Below are positions 43,077 to 63,949 of a stretch of 64,000 bases of DNA, one piece after another. The translations under genes and the position numbers were made by a program. Source of the DNA: the human T2T-CHM13v2.0 reference genome, Homo sapiens; assembly GCF_009914755.1 (NCBI RefSeq), contig NC_060932.1; one strand, 5' to 3'. The notes below the pieces were generated by a model that ran no database searches, was not told where the DNA came from, and saw nothing but the letters and a program-made list of their open reading frames with translations. Every line of letters begins with the position of its first letter. Position 1 is the first letter of the stretch.

Positions 43077-44833
43077 GACTTAATTTTATTCAATTTTTGA
43101 TGTTAGTAATAAGATTTTATTGCCTCCACTGTGGAACTACTAATCTAGACCCAATTTTATTTCTTTGTTAGGAGAAAGAGCCAGACTTTCTGGGTTTAAG
43201 AACTGTGGTTCTTATGAGAATTTTTAGTCAACACAAAAATGCCAAGGAAGATGTAGAGGTCTCTCTGACACTCAACAGGGTCTTCATGGGCTCTCTGAAA
43301 TATCTGTAACCATGTCAGTCCCCCAAGTTTCTTTTGTGAAGATGGGAGCAGCATGTGGTGTTACCATTTCCTCTGTTTAAAACCATCACTGGGCTGTCAT
43401 TTCAGCAACATCTTAACAAATGAAAATCCTCCTCTGAGTCAATAGTAATTATAGGAATTTATCACAATTGCCAATCAAGGTGTTCTGAAGAGACTCATCT
43501 TTCTTGTTAAATTAGCTTTCACTGCACGCAAACAGTGAGTTATCTTTAGGAAATCAATTGCAGGGAAATTACAGCTTTCATGGAGTGATATAACCTTGCC
43601 AACCGTCTTGTTATACATAATTCCTCTACCAAGAAATTCAGCTGGGCTCACATGACTTATTTTTTGGGATTGTATTTCAATGCAGTAGATGTGGAAAAGT
43701 CAACTTCCAAAGGGGCAGGAAGGAGACAGAGGCAAGGACCTTGGAAATGTCTCAAGACACTTGCAGCCAATTAAACCATCACCTCAGAAGAGGTCAGCAG
43801 GCTGAGGTTTGTCATTTCAAAAGATTTTGATCCAAGGTATTTGGAGATAGATGTCACTGGTGGTAGATGTCACTGCTAGTCTTTACATACCCACACTAGA
43901 AGAAACTTTGGTTGGAGGATACTTTGGGTAATTATTGAGCTCTTTAAAGAATCAGTAACATAGGAGTTTTTCTGAGAAGACTTGTTGATATCGTGTGAGC
44001 AGGGATCATTTTCTGCAGCAGTTGGGGAAAGTCTCTTTTAGCATTTAGTCTCTGCTGTAGGTTCCCACATCAAATGTATGGCTCATTGATGCTATAACAA
44101 GATGGTAATTAATATGCTATTAACCCAGAATTACTAGGGAATTACCATGTGGTTTTTAAACGAACTTGATTTAGGAATTTTTATGTTTATTGGCCATGCC
44201 CAGTGCATGTTTTCCTCCTGAAGCATTTATGAATACACTAGATGATGCCAGCTATTGTGAAAACCAGACAGAATCCTGACTCTCACTTTAGCATGACTCA
44301 CCTGAGCATGGCATGTGTGTAAAGTTGATATGTTTCAGGAGGTCATTAGTGGAATTGGCAGACATATCACTTTTAAGTGTCAAGTACTGTGTTAAACACC
44401 TCTTCTGTAAGTTACCTCATTTGATCCTCATCTCAGTCTTACAGGGTTGAGCTACTATTGTTCCCGTTTTCAGATGATGAGATTGAAGCACTTGCCCAAG
44501 GTGATGAATCTGGGCAATGTCAGAGAGGAATTTCACCCCAGGTGGTGGACTCTTGAGTCCAAATTCAATGCCTCTTTCTCCCTTATATTCTCTAGCAATG
44601 GCCCCTGAGGGCTAAGTACTAACAGTAGTGCATGAAAGCACTGTGAAATTTCCTTATTACAGTCTCTTAGGTATTGCCTCTCTTGAGAACATCAAGGACA
44701 ACTTCTCTGTACAGAAGCTTGGTCTACATTTGGTAGGTGGATAAATGCGGAATCCACGGAGGGGAAGATTGCAAACATTGCACTGTATTCCTATTTTTGC
44801 AACAAATACTTTGTGTGGCTTTGGGTTAAGTCA

Positions 44834-45520
<687 letters not shown>

Positions 45521-46024
45521 CAATCACTTACCATTTCTAGCCTCAGTTGCTTGATATTCCTTTTGAGAGGTAAAATTGCATAAGATGAAGGCTATGATCC
45601 TTTCTAGAAACCAGACTTATAATTCTGTGGAGTTAATTATTTTAGGCATATCCTGGAATTCTCTATTATATGGTTTCAGGAGTCAAGCATAGTTCCAAAA
45701 TTCTGAATTCAGACAGACAGCCTGGGGAGGGCCCATGATGACATTGTTATCAAAGGGTCACTAAAGCTACAGGAAGGTGCTAGGCAAGGAGCACTGAGAA
45801 AGAATGGCCAATGAAGTAGCATCTGAATGGGATGGCCAGGGAAAGGGAAGTGGGCGGGGGGCAGGGGCGAGCATTTGTCAAGGATCAAACACAGTGGAAA
45901 TTGTAAAGGAAAGCTATTAAATACTTTGCAAAAGGAAAGAACCATTTATTATGGGAACTAAAAGGAAAACTTGGTCTGAAAGTTAGATGGGGCCTAGGTA
46001 GTCTTTCAGCACCTAAAAAACATA

Positions 46025-46316
46025 TTTTCTTAGAGACAGGGTCTTACTCTGTCACCCAGGTTGGAGTGCAATGGTGGGCTCATAGCTCACTGCAGCCTCA
46101 ACTCCTGAGCTCAAGTGATCCTCTTGTCTCATCCTCCTGAGTAGTTGGGACTATAGGCATGCATCACCATGCTTGGCTAATTTTTAAATTATTTTTTTTT
46201 GAGACATGGTCTTGTTGTGTTGCCCAGGTTGGTCTTGAACTCCTGACCTCAAGCCGTCCTCCCACTTCATCCTCCTAAAGTGCTGGGATTACAGGTGTGA
46301 GACACCTCGCCCTGCC
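46025..46316 (-). mobile_element. AluJ
   Basis: Diverged full Alu. Confidence 0.85.
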
Positions 46317-46720
46317 ATAAAGAACCTTTTATAAGAAAATAACATAAAATACTCAGCTTCCCTACTTGGGTCTTGGATGTACAGTTTACAGGCAGGTTTC
46401 TGTGCTATTCAGATGCAAGATACACAGGCACCTCCAGGATGGCTTTCTCAGTTTGCTCAGGTTGGGCCACTGCTAGTGGATACTGTGTTTTGTGTGAATT
46501 AGAAAAGGGTACCCCCACAGGGCAGGCAGTATACCCCTTAGCAGTGCAGCTTGGGGAGCAGATCATACCATTGTGAAAAAGGCACTCCTTCCTCCAGGCA
46601 GCTGTCCCTGGGCCAGGAACATGACAGGTTGCATGTGCCTTGTGCTGGAGGTCAGCCCCCACTGCTCCTAGCCAGGAACCCTTGTGCACAGACAGGCAGC
46701 ACAACCATACACAGTCCTTC

Positions 46721-47538
46721 TGACACGGGAGTGGGGCAGGGAAGTGTTGGGTACAGAAGGTCTGGGTCTTTGGTGGGGGGTCCACCCTCAAGCCTGTGCC
46801 TGTGGACCTACATGAGAACAGGAACTCCTGTTTTCAAACCCAAATGTTGCATTTTCTAAGACCACTGTGCCCCCTCCCCCGCCCACTGAAGCCCCCATCT
46901 TGTGCCCATATAAACATGAGCCCTTAGTGGGCACAGACACAAGCAGGTGAATATTGGAACCAGCAGACCGGTGATGACAGAACAACGTGACAGAGAAAGA
47001 GAGAAGAAAAAGGAAGTCTGGACATCGAGGAGGGTTCAGCCGGGGGGCAGTCGGGGAAGAGTCCGGCCGCTGGGCAGCCCCACTCCAGGGGAAGATCACC
47101 TTCCCACTCCATCCCCGCTTCCAGCTCCCCATCCATCTTGCTGAGAGCCACCTCTACCACTCAACAAAACCTTGCATTCATCCTGTGAGCCAATTCTTCT
47201 GGTACACTGGGAAAGAGCTCGGGATACAGAAAGCTGTCACATTGGCCCTCTTCCCTTGCGATAAGGCAGAGGGTCTATTGAGCTGATTAACACAAGCCTT
47301 CTGCAGCTGGCAAAGCTGAAAGAGCACTCTGTAACATATGCCCACTTGGGCTTGGGGAGTTGCAGACACCCACCCCTAGATGCTGCCGTGGGGCTGGAGC
47401 CCCAGAGCAACCCCAGGGCCCCTGCACCTGCCCGTCTGCATGCTCCCACTAGAGGCTTGAGCAGTGGGGCAACTGAAGGGGCAAGCCACATCCCTGTTGC
47501 ACATCCTGCAAGGGGGATAAGGGAACTCTCCCGTTTCA
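46721..47538 (+). mobile_element. LTR1-like ERV1 solo LTR
   Basis: TGACACGGGAGTGGGGCAGGGAAG...GGGAACTCTCCCGTTTCA; flanks CCTTC/CCTCC. Confidence 0.8.
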
Positions 47539-49006
47539 CCTCCACTTTGGGAATGGGGGCCCTCATGCTGGCAGAATCAAAGCTTTGGCTGAAGAGAGCA
47601 GCTATGTAGTTACAGGGTTAAGTTTTCTCTCTCTGTGAGAGTGGCCTTCCATCTGCAGAGTGAAATTGAGATGTCCCTCTGATTCTGTTTCCCCTGTTTA
47701 TAGGCTACAGCTTCTGATGTATGAGAGGGGTGCTAATACATATGGGTCCACATGTTGATAGACTGGAGAGACAGCATGAGGGTATAAAACCAACCTGCCA
47801 TTCCTAGTTTCTCTCCTTGATCTAGTTATGAGTTTAGCAGCCGAAATAGTTTATGGCTCACTCCCATCTAGAGAAGCAGTTGGGGGAAGACCTGCTCTGA
47901 GAAATAATGCCAGCATCTGAGGAAATCAAAATGAACATTGCAAGCTTTCGGAGTCAGCACCTTGTCTTTCAGAATGGGAAGGGCAAGGGCCTTGGAAGCT
48001 GCAGCCTTTGAATCAGAGCCCAAGGCCAAACATGATGTGATGGCTTTTCCTGTGCCCTCAGTGTCCCCAGGAGCCCAGAGTCATAAATCTATAGAAGGCA
48101 GCAGCTCTTTACCGTGAAGGGGTCTTGGAGCATCCTCCAGTTGTTCTGTGCAAACTTCTGTCATTGCTAGAAGCAAATGCTACCCTCTAGGCCCCCAGGG
48201 TTTAAAGGTACTGGGCCTTTGATCACCTTGGAAGTCAGTAATGACAGAGATTGTGGGCAAGTATTCAGCGAGAAATTAGCTGATAAACATTTAAAAAGGG
48301 AATAGAATGCTTATTTTCTTGTCCTCATTTGTTATCGCAAAAATAATAAAAAAAATCAAATGAAATTAAAAGAAAAATGTGACCCCTTTGTTTCACTTTT
48401 GCATATTGACTTTCAGTTCTTGTTTTTGTATCTGTATATTTACACAGTTATAAATCAGAGTTGTGATTTATAATATATTAGGGGAAGGAAGCAGAATGCT
48501 CAATGCCTTCCCATATTTCTTCTCCACATCTTCCTGTTTCTGAATTTTAGTGGCTACATGACACTCCTATACTAGAATAAGAATATAGTTTCAAAATCTC
48601 GCTGTTTAACTCCTGTTCCTTATCTGCTCTTTCTTAACTTCATTCAGGCTGGGACAGGAGGGAGTGAAGCCTATCCTGTTTAGAGTTTAGAGAATATCCT
48701 GGGCTGAACAATATGGATACAATGTCTAAAGGTCTTTCCTGCCATCATTTTACTTTATATCACTTGTCAGTGAATCCTGCTATAGTTTATAAATCATTTT
48801 CAGACATGTTATCTCATCACCACAACTGTATGGTATATCTTTTCCCACCTTTATAGATGAGGAAAAAAGAGCCACGTATCAGTAAGTGGCAGCTCCAGAA
48901 CTTAAAGTCAGACTTCTGACTCATCATCTAGCGAACTTCTATTCACCCTTCAGAGCCCAGTTCGAAAGTCATGACTTCTAAGTAACTTTTACTATCGGTT
49001 CCCTCC

Positions 49007-49400
49007 TGATATGGTTTGGATCTGTGTCCCCACCAAATCTCCTGTGGAATTGTAATCCCCAATGTTGGAGATGAGGCCTGGTGGGAAGTGATTGGATTAT
49101 GGGGGTGGATTTGTCCTGAATGGCTTAGCACCATCCCTCTTGCTACTGTCCTCGTGATAATGAGTGAGTGTTCTTGAAATCTGGTTGTTTAAAAGTGTCT
49201 GGCACTTCCCCGCTCTCTCTCTTCCTCGTGGTTCTGTCTGTGTGGGGGCTCCCCTTTGCCTTCTGCCATGATTATAGGTTTCCTGAGGCCTTCTCAGAAG
49301 CCAAGCAGATGCCAGTACCATGCTTCCTGTACAGGCTGCAGAACCGTTAGTCAATTAAACCTCCTTTCCTAGAGTGAGGTATTTCTGTCAGCGTGAGAAT
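49007..49400 (+). mobile_element. MST-like solo LTR
   Basis: TGATATGGTTTGGATCTGTGTCCCCACC...GTCAATTAAACCTC. Confidence 0.85.
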
Positions 49401-49918
49401 CCCATCCTCATTGAATATAAATTGTTCTTGGTTGTTGTTTTAAAGTTGTGGTTTTAAAATATGTGGTACACACATAACAAAGTTTACTATCTTAACCATT
49501 TTTAAATGTACAGTTCAGTGACATTAGGTATATTCATATTGCTGTGCAGCCATAACCACCATTCATTTCTGGAGCTTCTTCATCATCCCAAAAAGAAACT
49601 CTGTACCCACAAACAATAACTTCCCATTCCTCTCTCCCGACAGTCCCTGGATAACTCCATTCTACTTTCTGTCTCTACAAATTTGCTTAATCTAGGTACC
49701 TCATATAAGTGGAATCACACAAGATTTGTCCTTTTGTATCTGGCTTATTTCAAGTTTTATTCATTTTGTAGCATGTATCAGAATGTCTTTCCTTTTTAAG
49801 GCTGAATAATTTTCTAGTGTGTGTATATGTATATTTTGTTTATCCATTCATCTGTTGATGGAGACTTGGGTTGTTTCCATCTTTTGACAACTGTGGATAA
49901 TGCTGCTATGAGTATTGG

Positions 49919-50701
49919 TGACATGGGAAAAGTTCCCTTGTCCCCCTCACAGGGTGAGCCACAGGGGTGTGGCTTGCTTCTTCAGTGCTCCACTGCTCAG
50001 ACCTCTAGGGCAGCATATAGACAGGCAGGCTGTGGGGCTCCGACCTCACGGCAGTGTCTGGGGTGAATGTTCACAGCTGCAGCCCCAGTGGGCGTGTGCT
50101 ACAAGGTGCTCTTTTAGTTTAGCTATCCGTAGGCAGCTTGTGTTAGCTCAGTTAGACTCCTGCCTTATCACAAGGACAGAGGGCTTTCTGAATCCTGGGG
50201 TTCTTGCCTTGGTGTACCGGAAGAATCAGATCACATGTGGGCTTGGAGAATGAGTGCAAGGTTTTATTGAGTAGAAGTAGCTCTCAGCAGATGGGGGAGC
50301 CAGAATGGAGATGATTTTTCCTTGGAGCTGGGCCACTTGGTGTCCCGGGCTCTCCTCTGACTGCCCCAGTCAAACTCTGCCTCATTCTGCTGGTCAATGG
50401 CCTGCCGGCATGCTCCCCTTGACGTCCTTTCAACGTCCAGCCACTTGTGTCTTCTTCTGCCGATGTGTTCCTCTTGATGTCGAGCTGCTTGTGTGTCTGG
50501 CCTGCTAGAGTCTTGGGGGTTTTTATAGGCACAGGATGGGGGTGTGGCAGGCCAGGGTGGTCTTGGGAAATGCAACATTTGGGCACAAAAGCAGGAGAAC
50601 CTGTCCTCACCTAGGTCCATAGGCACAGGCCCAGGGTTGGAGCCCTAGCCAGGGACCACACTCTTCCCTTCCCAGGACTTCCCTGCCCACCTCCTGTATC
50701 A
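49919..50701 (-). mobile_element. LTR1-like ERV1 solo LTR
   Basis: Reverse strand begins TGATACAGGAGGTGGGCAGGGAAG; TSD TTGG. Confidence 0.82.
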
Positions 50702-50713
50702 TTGGTATACAAG

Positions 50714-51584
50714 CGATAGTGACAGGAGTCAAAGAAATTCTAGGCAGGCAGGGGCAGGTCCCTGGCAAAACCCCACCTTCAAATCAAAAATCCTGAAACC
50801 CGTGGCCCAAGGTGAGAACTTCCATTCCTGTGTGCCTGCTCTCTCCCAGTTGGTTCTTTCTGAATAATGTCTTTTTACCAATCGAATATTGCCTTTTCCA
50901 AAACTACCTATGGCCCGCCCTACCCCCATCATGTGCCTATGAAGAACCCAGACTCAACTGGCAGAGAGAAGAAGCAGCTGGATGTCAGAAAGAAGTGGTT
51001 GGAGGTTGGGAAGAGGTGACTTCAAGACAGTGGCTGGATAAGGCAACTTGACTTTGGGAGAGAGAGGCAGAGAGGTGGCTTGACTTCCCTTCTTGTCCCC
51101 TCTCCAGCTCCCCTCTCCATTAAGAGCCACTTCCATCACTCAATAAAATTCTCCACTTTCACCATCCTTCAGTTCATCCATGTGATCTCATTCCTCTTGG
51201 GCACTGGACAAGAATTTGGGATGTACCACATGCAGGTACCCAAAAAGGCTGTCACACTGGCCCCTTGCCCTCACTAGTGGAGGGCAGCTGCCCCATGTGA
51301 TGAGGCAAACAGCCCACTGAGCTGATAACACACTGCTGTCTGCAGATGGCAGAGCTAAGACAGCATTATAATACGCCCTCTGGGGCCTTGGGGTCACAGA
51401 CACCCTATATGGATGCTGCCGCAGGGCCCACACAGAGTTCGCTCCTGCTGGTGCCAAAGCGGCCAGTTCCTGCAAATGTTCACTCGCATGCTCCCTCCTG
51501 CGAGGGGTTGAACGGGGTGGGCTAAGTAAACAAGGCACTCCTGTAGCGAGTCCCACAAAGAGGTCAAGAAAATATTCTGTATCA
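50714..51584 (+). mobile_element. Related ERV1 solo LTR (LTR1/LTR27/LTR28 group)
   Basis: CGATAGTGACAGGAG...ATTCTGTATCA; TSD CAAG; AATAAA at ~51142. Confidence 0.78.
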
Positions 51585-52377
51585 CAAGTATTTGTTTAAA
51601 TCTCTGCTTTCAATTCTTTTGGGTTTTCACATAGCCATGGAATTGATGGATCATATGGTCAATCTATGTTTAACTTTTTGAGGAGCCACTAAATGGTTTT
51701 TCACAGTAGGGGCATCATTTTACATTCCCAGCAGCAATGTATAAGGGTTCCAATTTCTCTACATCCTCACCAATATTTGTTTTTGATAATAGCCATCCTA
51801 ATGGGTGTGAAGTGGTACTTTCATTGGCTTTTAAGCAAGTATTAAACACAATTCTATTGCCCAGATCAGCCCCAGCATCATGATGTGTTGTTTCTGAATC
51901 CTGCTACAGACTGTGAGGTGTTTGAAGACAGGGACTGTGTATCCTCAGTCCCTGGTACAGTGCTTTGCAGAGTATAGATGCTCAGGAAATGCTTGTTGAA
52001 TCCTGACTATTCACTATCTCCTCATTGTGACTTGCTGACATTCTTTTTCAAAGTGCCGTTTCATTGTTTTGGCACATTTTGGAGAGAAGAGGCTAAAAAA
52101 AGGTCTTTGTCCCCTGAGAAGTCTGTATGGAAAAATTAACTGTGCTGGGCACAATTTGGCCTTTCCATTTCATCACAGATATCAAAATGCTTCACAGCTT
52201 AACAGCATTTTTCCTGGTTTTTCTTTAATAAAATGCTTAAGAGCACCTTTTAAGCAGACAATGGATTGGTGCTAAGTATCTAAAATTGAACAAGACAGTG
52301 CCCGCACTTGAGAAGTTCCTGGCTTATTGGGGAAATATCTACAAACAGCAACAAAACAATGTGGAAAGGACATTGTA

Positions 52378-52672
52378 CTGTTGTGGGAGGGATCTGGTGG
52401 GAGATGACCGAATCATGGGGATGGGTCTTTCTCATGCTCTTCTTGTGATAGTGAATGGGTCTCATGAGATCTGATGGCTTCAAAATGGGGGTTTCCCTGC
52501 ACAAGCTCTCTTCCCTTGTCTGCCACCATGTGAGATGTGCCTTTCACCTTCTGCCATGATTGTGAGGCCTTCCCAGCCACATGGAACTGTTAAGTCCAAT
52601 AAACCTCTTTCTTTTGTAAACTGCCCAGTCTTGGGTAGGTCTTTATCAGCAGTGTGAAAGTGGGCTAATACA
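52378..52672 (+). mobile_element. 5'-truncated THE1B-like LTR within L2 fragments
   Basis: TGTTGTGGGAGGGA...GGGCTAATACA. Confidence 0.85.
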
Positions 52673-53040
52673 CAAGGGGAGAGAGGTAATCCCAGAAAGG
52701 AGGACTGGTCTGTATAAAGTCAGGGAGGGAGATGAAAAGAAACATTTTGGAGTAATGAGACATTGGGCAAGACTGTAGGTCAAAGAGGACCATTAAAGAA
52801 TTTTAAATGAGGAAATGAAGGGTGGGTTGGAGGGGGCTGAGGTAGAAGGCAAGGAGACCCATCAGGAAGGTCTTGTCATACACAGACTTGGAGAGGGAAG
52901 ATGAAGACCTGAGCCATGTCATTGGCAGTAGGGATAGAGAGGCAGAGAAGGGTCCTGCAGATATATATAGGGTTGGAATGGCAAGACATAAGTGGTGACC
53001 AATTGAATATAGGAAGTGAGAGAGAGGAAAGAACCAAGTA

Positions 53041-55409
<2,369 letters not shown>

Positions 55410-55711
55410 TAGAGGACTCCAGATTTCTACATGGAATGACTCCTTTCTATTCTTTAGTGTTTTTTTTTCTTTTTTTTTTTAATTATTATTATACTTTAAG
55501 TTTTAGGGTACATGTGCACATTTAGGGTACATGTGCACAACGTGCAGGCTTGTTACATATGTATACATGTGCCATGTTGGTGTGCTGCACCCACCAACTT
55601 GCCGTCTAGCATTAGGTATATCTCCCAATGCTATCCCTCCCCCCTCCCCCCACCCCACAACAGTCCCCGAAGTGTGATGTTCCCCTTCCTGTGTCCATGT
55701 GTTCTCATTGT

Positions 55712-59519
<3,808 letters not shown>

Positions 59520-59582
59520 TATGATGTTAGCTGGTTATTTTGCTCGTTAGTTGATGCAGTTTCTTCCTAGCCTTGATGGTCT

Positions 59583-60345
59583 TTACAATTTGGCATGTTT
59601 TTGCAGTGGCTGGTAGCGGTTGTTCCTTTCCATGTTTAGTGCTTCCTTCAGGAGCTCTTTTAGGGCAGGCCTGGTGGTGACAAAATCTCTCAGCATTTGC
59701 TTGTCTGTAAAGTATTTTATTTCTCCTTCACTTATGAAGCTTAGTTTGGCTGGATATGAAATTCTGGGTTGAAAATTCTTTTCTTTAAGAATGTTGAATA
59801 TTGGCCCCCACTCTCTTCTGGCTTGTAGAGTTTCTGTGGAGAGATCTGCTGTTAGTCTGATGGGCTTCCCTTTGTGGGTAACCCGACCTTTCTCTCTGGC
59901 TGCCCTTAACATTTTTTCCTTCATTTCAACTTTGGTGAATCTGACAATTAAGTGTCTTGGTGTTGCTCTTCTTGAGGAGTATCTTTGTGGCGTTCTCTGT
60001 ATTTACTGAATCTGAATGTTGGCCTGCCTTGCTAGATTGGGGAAGTTCTCCTGGATAATATCCTGCAGAGTGTTTTCCAACTTGGTTCCATTCTCCCCGT
60101 CACTTTCACATACACCAATCAGAAGTAGATTTGGTCTTTTCACATAGTCCCATATTTCTTGGAGGCTTTGTTCGTTTCTTTTTATTCTTTTTTCTCTAAA
60201 CTTCCCTTCTCGCTTCATTTCATTCATTTCATCTTCCATCACTGATACCCTTTCTTCCAGTTGATCGCATCAGCTCCTGAGGCTTCTGCATTCTTCACGT
60301 AGTTCTTGAGCCTTGGCTTTCAGCTCCATCAGCTCCTTTAAGGAC
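59583..60345 (-). pseudogene. Truncated L1 ORF1
   Basis: EIWDYVKRPNL, RISYPAKLSF and QPLQKHAKL; internal stop. Confidence 0.93.
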
Positions 60346-60846
60346 GAGTATTTAAAACTGAACATTGTATGATAAGTCTTTAACCAGACCTTTGGGTGTG
60401 GCTCAAAAAATACCATAAGTACACATAGCATTTATTCATTTGTTTTTAGCTCTTTAGAGGTTACTGTTTGCAAGTTTTTGACCCATTGGTTATGTCTTTA
60501 TGTATTAATATCAAATATTATGAGCCTATTATGTGTTGGGTACTTTGCATATATCCATCCTTCCTAAATCCACACATCATAGTTATTATTATTCCTATGT
60601 AGTGGATATGTCACAGACAGGGGTGCTAAAGATGTCATATATATATTTTTTTAATCAAATCAATCTGACTCCGTGTACCCCTGTCCCACTAAGTCAATCT
60701 GTCATCATTAGGATTCTCTTTCCAACCCCTTCCCTATGATAGTACAAATGTCGGAAGGGTCTTACTCAAACAGAGGCTTTGGAGAAAGCCATTTGGTTTT
60801 CTGCCCATCCTGGTCACAGCTCATTTGCTCATTGTATAAGTCCACA

Positions 60847-61144
60847 TTTTTTTTTCTTTTCGAGACAGTGTCTTGCTCTGTTGTCTAGGCTGCAGTGCAG
60901 TGGCACCATCTGGGCGTACTGCAACCTCTGCCTTTCGAGTTCAAGTGATTCTCCTGCCTCAGCCTCCTGAGTAGCTGGGATTACAGGCACACACCACCAT
61001 GCCTAGCTAATTTTTGTATTTTTAGTAGAGGTGGGGTTTCGACATGTTGGCCAGGCTGATCTTGAACTCCTGGCCTCAAGTAATCCCCCTGCCTTGGCCT
61101 CCCAAAAGGCTGGGATTACAGGCCTGAGCCACTGCCCCTGGCCC
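60847..61144 (-). mobile_element. AluS
   Basis: Full Alu. Confidence 0.9.
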
Positions 61145-61489
61145 TGTATGTTTTTTTTTTTTTCTTTTTTTTTTTTAAGGCATCCTTGTCAAGACTGAGA
61201 ACAAAAGTACTTAGGGTCACTTCTCTCTGTGATATCATCCAGCCATCACCTTTTTTTACACTGCAGTCTCCTAGGGATCCTGCCAGGTTAGTTTTTTTTA
61301 TGAAAACAAAGCCAAGAAGAAAAGCTGTCTTCAGGTATCATAAATAAGGTGAGGGAGGCCTTGAAACCTTCTTTGAATGGGAAGAATAAAATGCAATGAT
61401 AAAACAAAAAAGTGAAAGCATCTTGCCACATCCCATTTAGAGTAGTTACTCTACCCTTTTAGAGTCATCAGACAATTTGCCAAAGTCAT

Positions 61490-62014
61490 TGTGGTGGGCA
61501 GGACAATGATTTCCCAAAGATGTCCACATCCTAATACCCAGAAGCTGTGATTGTTACTTTACGTGACATGAAGGAACTTGTGGATGTGCTTAATGGAAGA
61601 ATATCCTGGATCATTTGAGTGGATTCAATTTCATCTCATGAGTTCTTAAAAGTAGAAGATGGGTCAGATATAAGTGAGGACTAGACCATCCATGTGGCTG
61701 GCTTTGAAGATGGAGGGAGGGAGCTATGAGTCAAAGAATGTGGCAGCCTCCAGAAGCTGTGAACAGCCCTTAGCTACAGTCAACAAGAAAACTGGGACCT
61801 ACAACCACAAAGAACTGAGCTCTGCCAATGATCTGAATGAGGAAGAAAATGGATCCTCCCCTTGAAGTTCCAGAAAATAAAATAGCTTTGCCAATACCTT
61901 AATTTTAGCTCAGTGAGTCTGTAGGTATGGCCCAAAGAACTGTAAGATTATACATTTGTGTTGTTTAAACCATGGAGTTTGTGATAATTTGTTATGGCAG
62001 CCATAGCTAATACA
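61490..62014 (+). mobile_element. MLT1D-like LTR
   Basis: TGTGGTGGGCAG..CCCAAAGATGTCCACATCCTAAT...GCTAATACA. Confidence 0.8.
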
Positions 62015-62249
62015 GTCACAAAGTTAGTAAAAGCCAAGCTCGCACTCCAGATCGGTCATAGTCTAAAGTCCATGCTCTCTGTATGACATTATATTTCATC
62101 TATTTAAAGTATTCCCAGGGCCAGTGCTATCCTACACAAAGTTAAATTAGAAAATGGAAGATGTGGATTTTTTTCTTCTGAAAATGACCTATTGTTGTAA
62201 AAGCAATAGATCTTATTCAAAGAGTCAGATAATACATACAAATACAAAA

Positions 62250-63150
62250 AGAAAGTAAAGTAAAAGCCCCAAGAAATCCAGAATCTAAAAATCAGTGCTA
62301 ACATTATTTTCATAAACATCCTTCCAGAAAATTTGCTTCACGTGTATGTACGATAAATATTTATATTTTTATATGTTTCTGTAATTGCTTTTTTGATGAG
62401 ACAATTTTTCATAGATATCATTGTGCCAGTAAATATAGATCAACACCATTATTTTAGTTGACTGAGTAATATTCTATTGTACAGATGTTTCATAATTGAT
62501 TTAAGCAATTCTTATAAATGGACACTAATGTTGTTTCCAATATTTAGCTCTTATAAACAAAACTGTGATTAATGTCTTTTTGTCTTACCTTTCTTGTTTG
62601 AACATCACATTAAGATAATTCCAAAATGGGGATATTCACAGTATGCATAAATTACACTTTTATATATTTTGAGAAAACTGACTTCCAGGCAGGTTTTATA
62701 ATTTACATTCTCAGCAATACTGTGTAAGTGAGTCAGTGTTTTCACAAACTCATCAATGTTAGGTTCTGTTAATCTTTGCGATGTTTGTCTACCTGATAAG
62801 CAAATAAATGATAAATTATTATTATTTTTTGACTTCTTTGTTATTTAGCAATTGACTTTAAAAATGTTTATTGGTTATTTGTGTGTCTTCCTTTGTGGGC
62901 TTCTTATGAGAAATTGATATAACATAGTGTAAAAGTGTAGACTTTTTTGAATGACTGTTTCATCATTTGCTAGTTGTGCAATTTGACACACTAAAGTTAT
63001 TTAAACGATCTGAGCCTTAGTTTTTTGACCTATGATATCGGCATAATATTATTTACTTCCTAAAGTTACTGAAAAAATGAAAATAGATAATTTAGGTAAA
63101 ACTCTTAGCCTGGGATGTAATGAGGTGTTTCATAAATATTTGTTATTGTT
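62250..63150. mobile_element. Ancient L1ME(-) fragment then MIR
   Basis: TTGTTTCCAAT, ATTTACATTCTCAGCAAT; TCTGAGCCTTAGTTT. Confidence 0.55.
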
Positions 63151-63352
63151 AATGAGATCTTTTGTCTTATACATTTTAATTTGCAAAAATTTAAGAGCTC
63201 TTTAATTCTTAAGGCTATTTATCCTTTGACATTAATGTTGCAAAATGTTTTGTGTGAGTATATTTTAAACCACTAGAAATAGAGAAGAAAAAACTTGTAT
63301 AGTCATAGAAATACAGGTACTTAAACAAATTCTTTCAAAAAAATGAATCAGT

Positions 63353-63644
<292 letters not shown>

Positions 63645-63949
63645 TCAGTGTATTACGGCACCAATCTAGTCCTACAGAAGGCATTTCATCTAAAAAAAAC
63701 TGTAGAGAATCTCCAAAAGGTTCAGCTGTACTTGGCTGTTCTGATTTCTATGTTGTCATTTGCCAATGGCTGAGGTTGTTGAATCTCAGGGACTGGCTAT
63801 AGCTGTAGGGTTTTTAGCTTATAACAAAGACAGGAGTGGGGAACTCACGGTTAATTTCAGCCTCCATTTGGCCAGTGCTTCCTTTGCTGGCAAGGCCCTA
63901 ACCAACTTTTCCATACCTGGTGTTGGGGGCTGCACACTGTCATCACTTA

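Larger units (their letters stand above)
49450..51830 (-). mobile_element. L1MB-like 3' fragment split by two LTRs
   Basis: TTAACCATTTTTAAATGTACAGTTCAGTG; L1 sequence is continuous across both LTR insertions. Confidence 0.8.
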
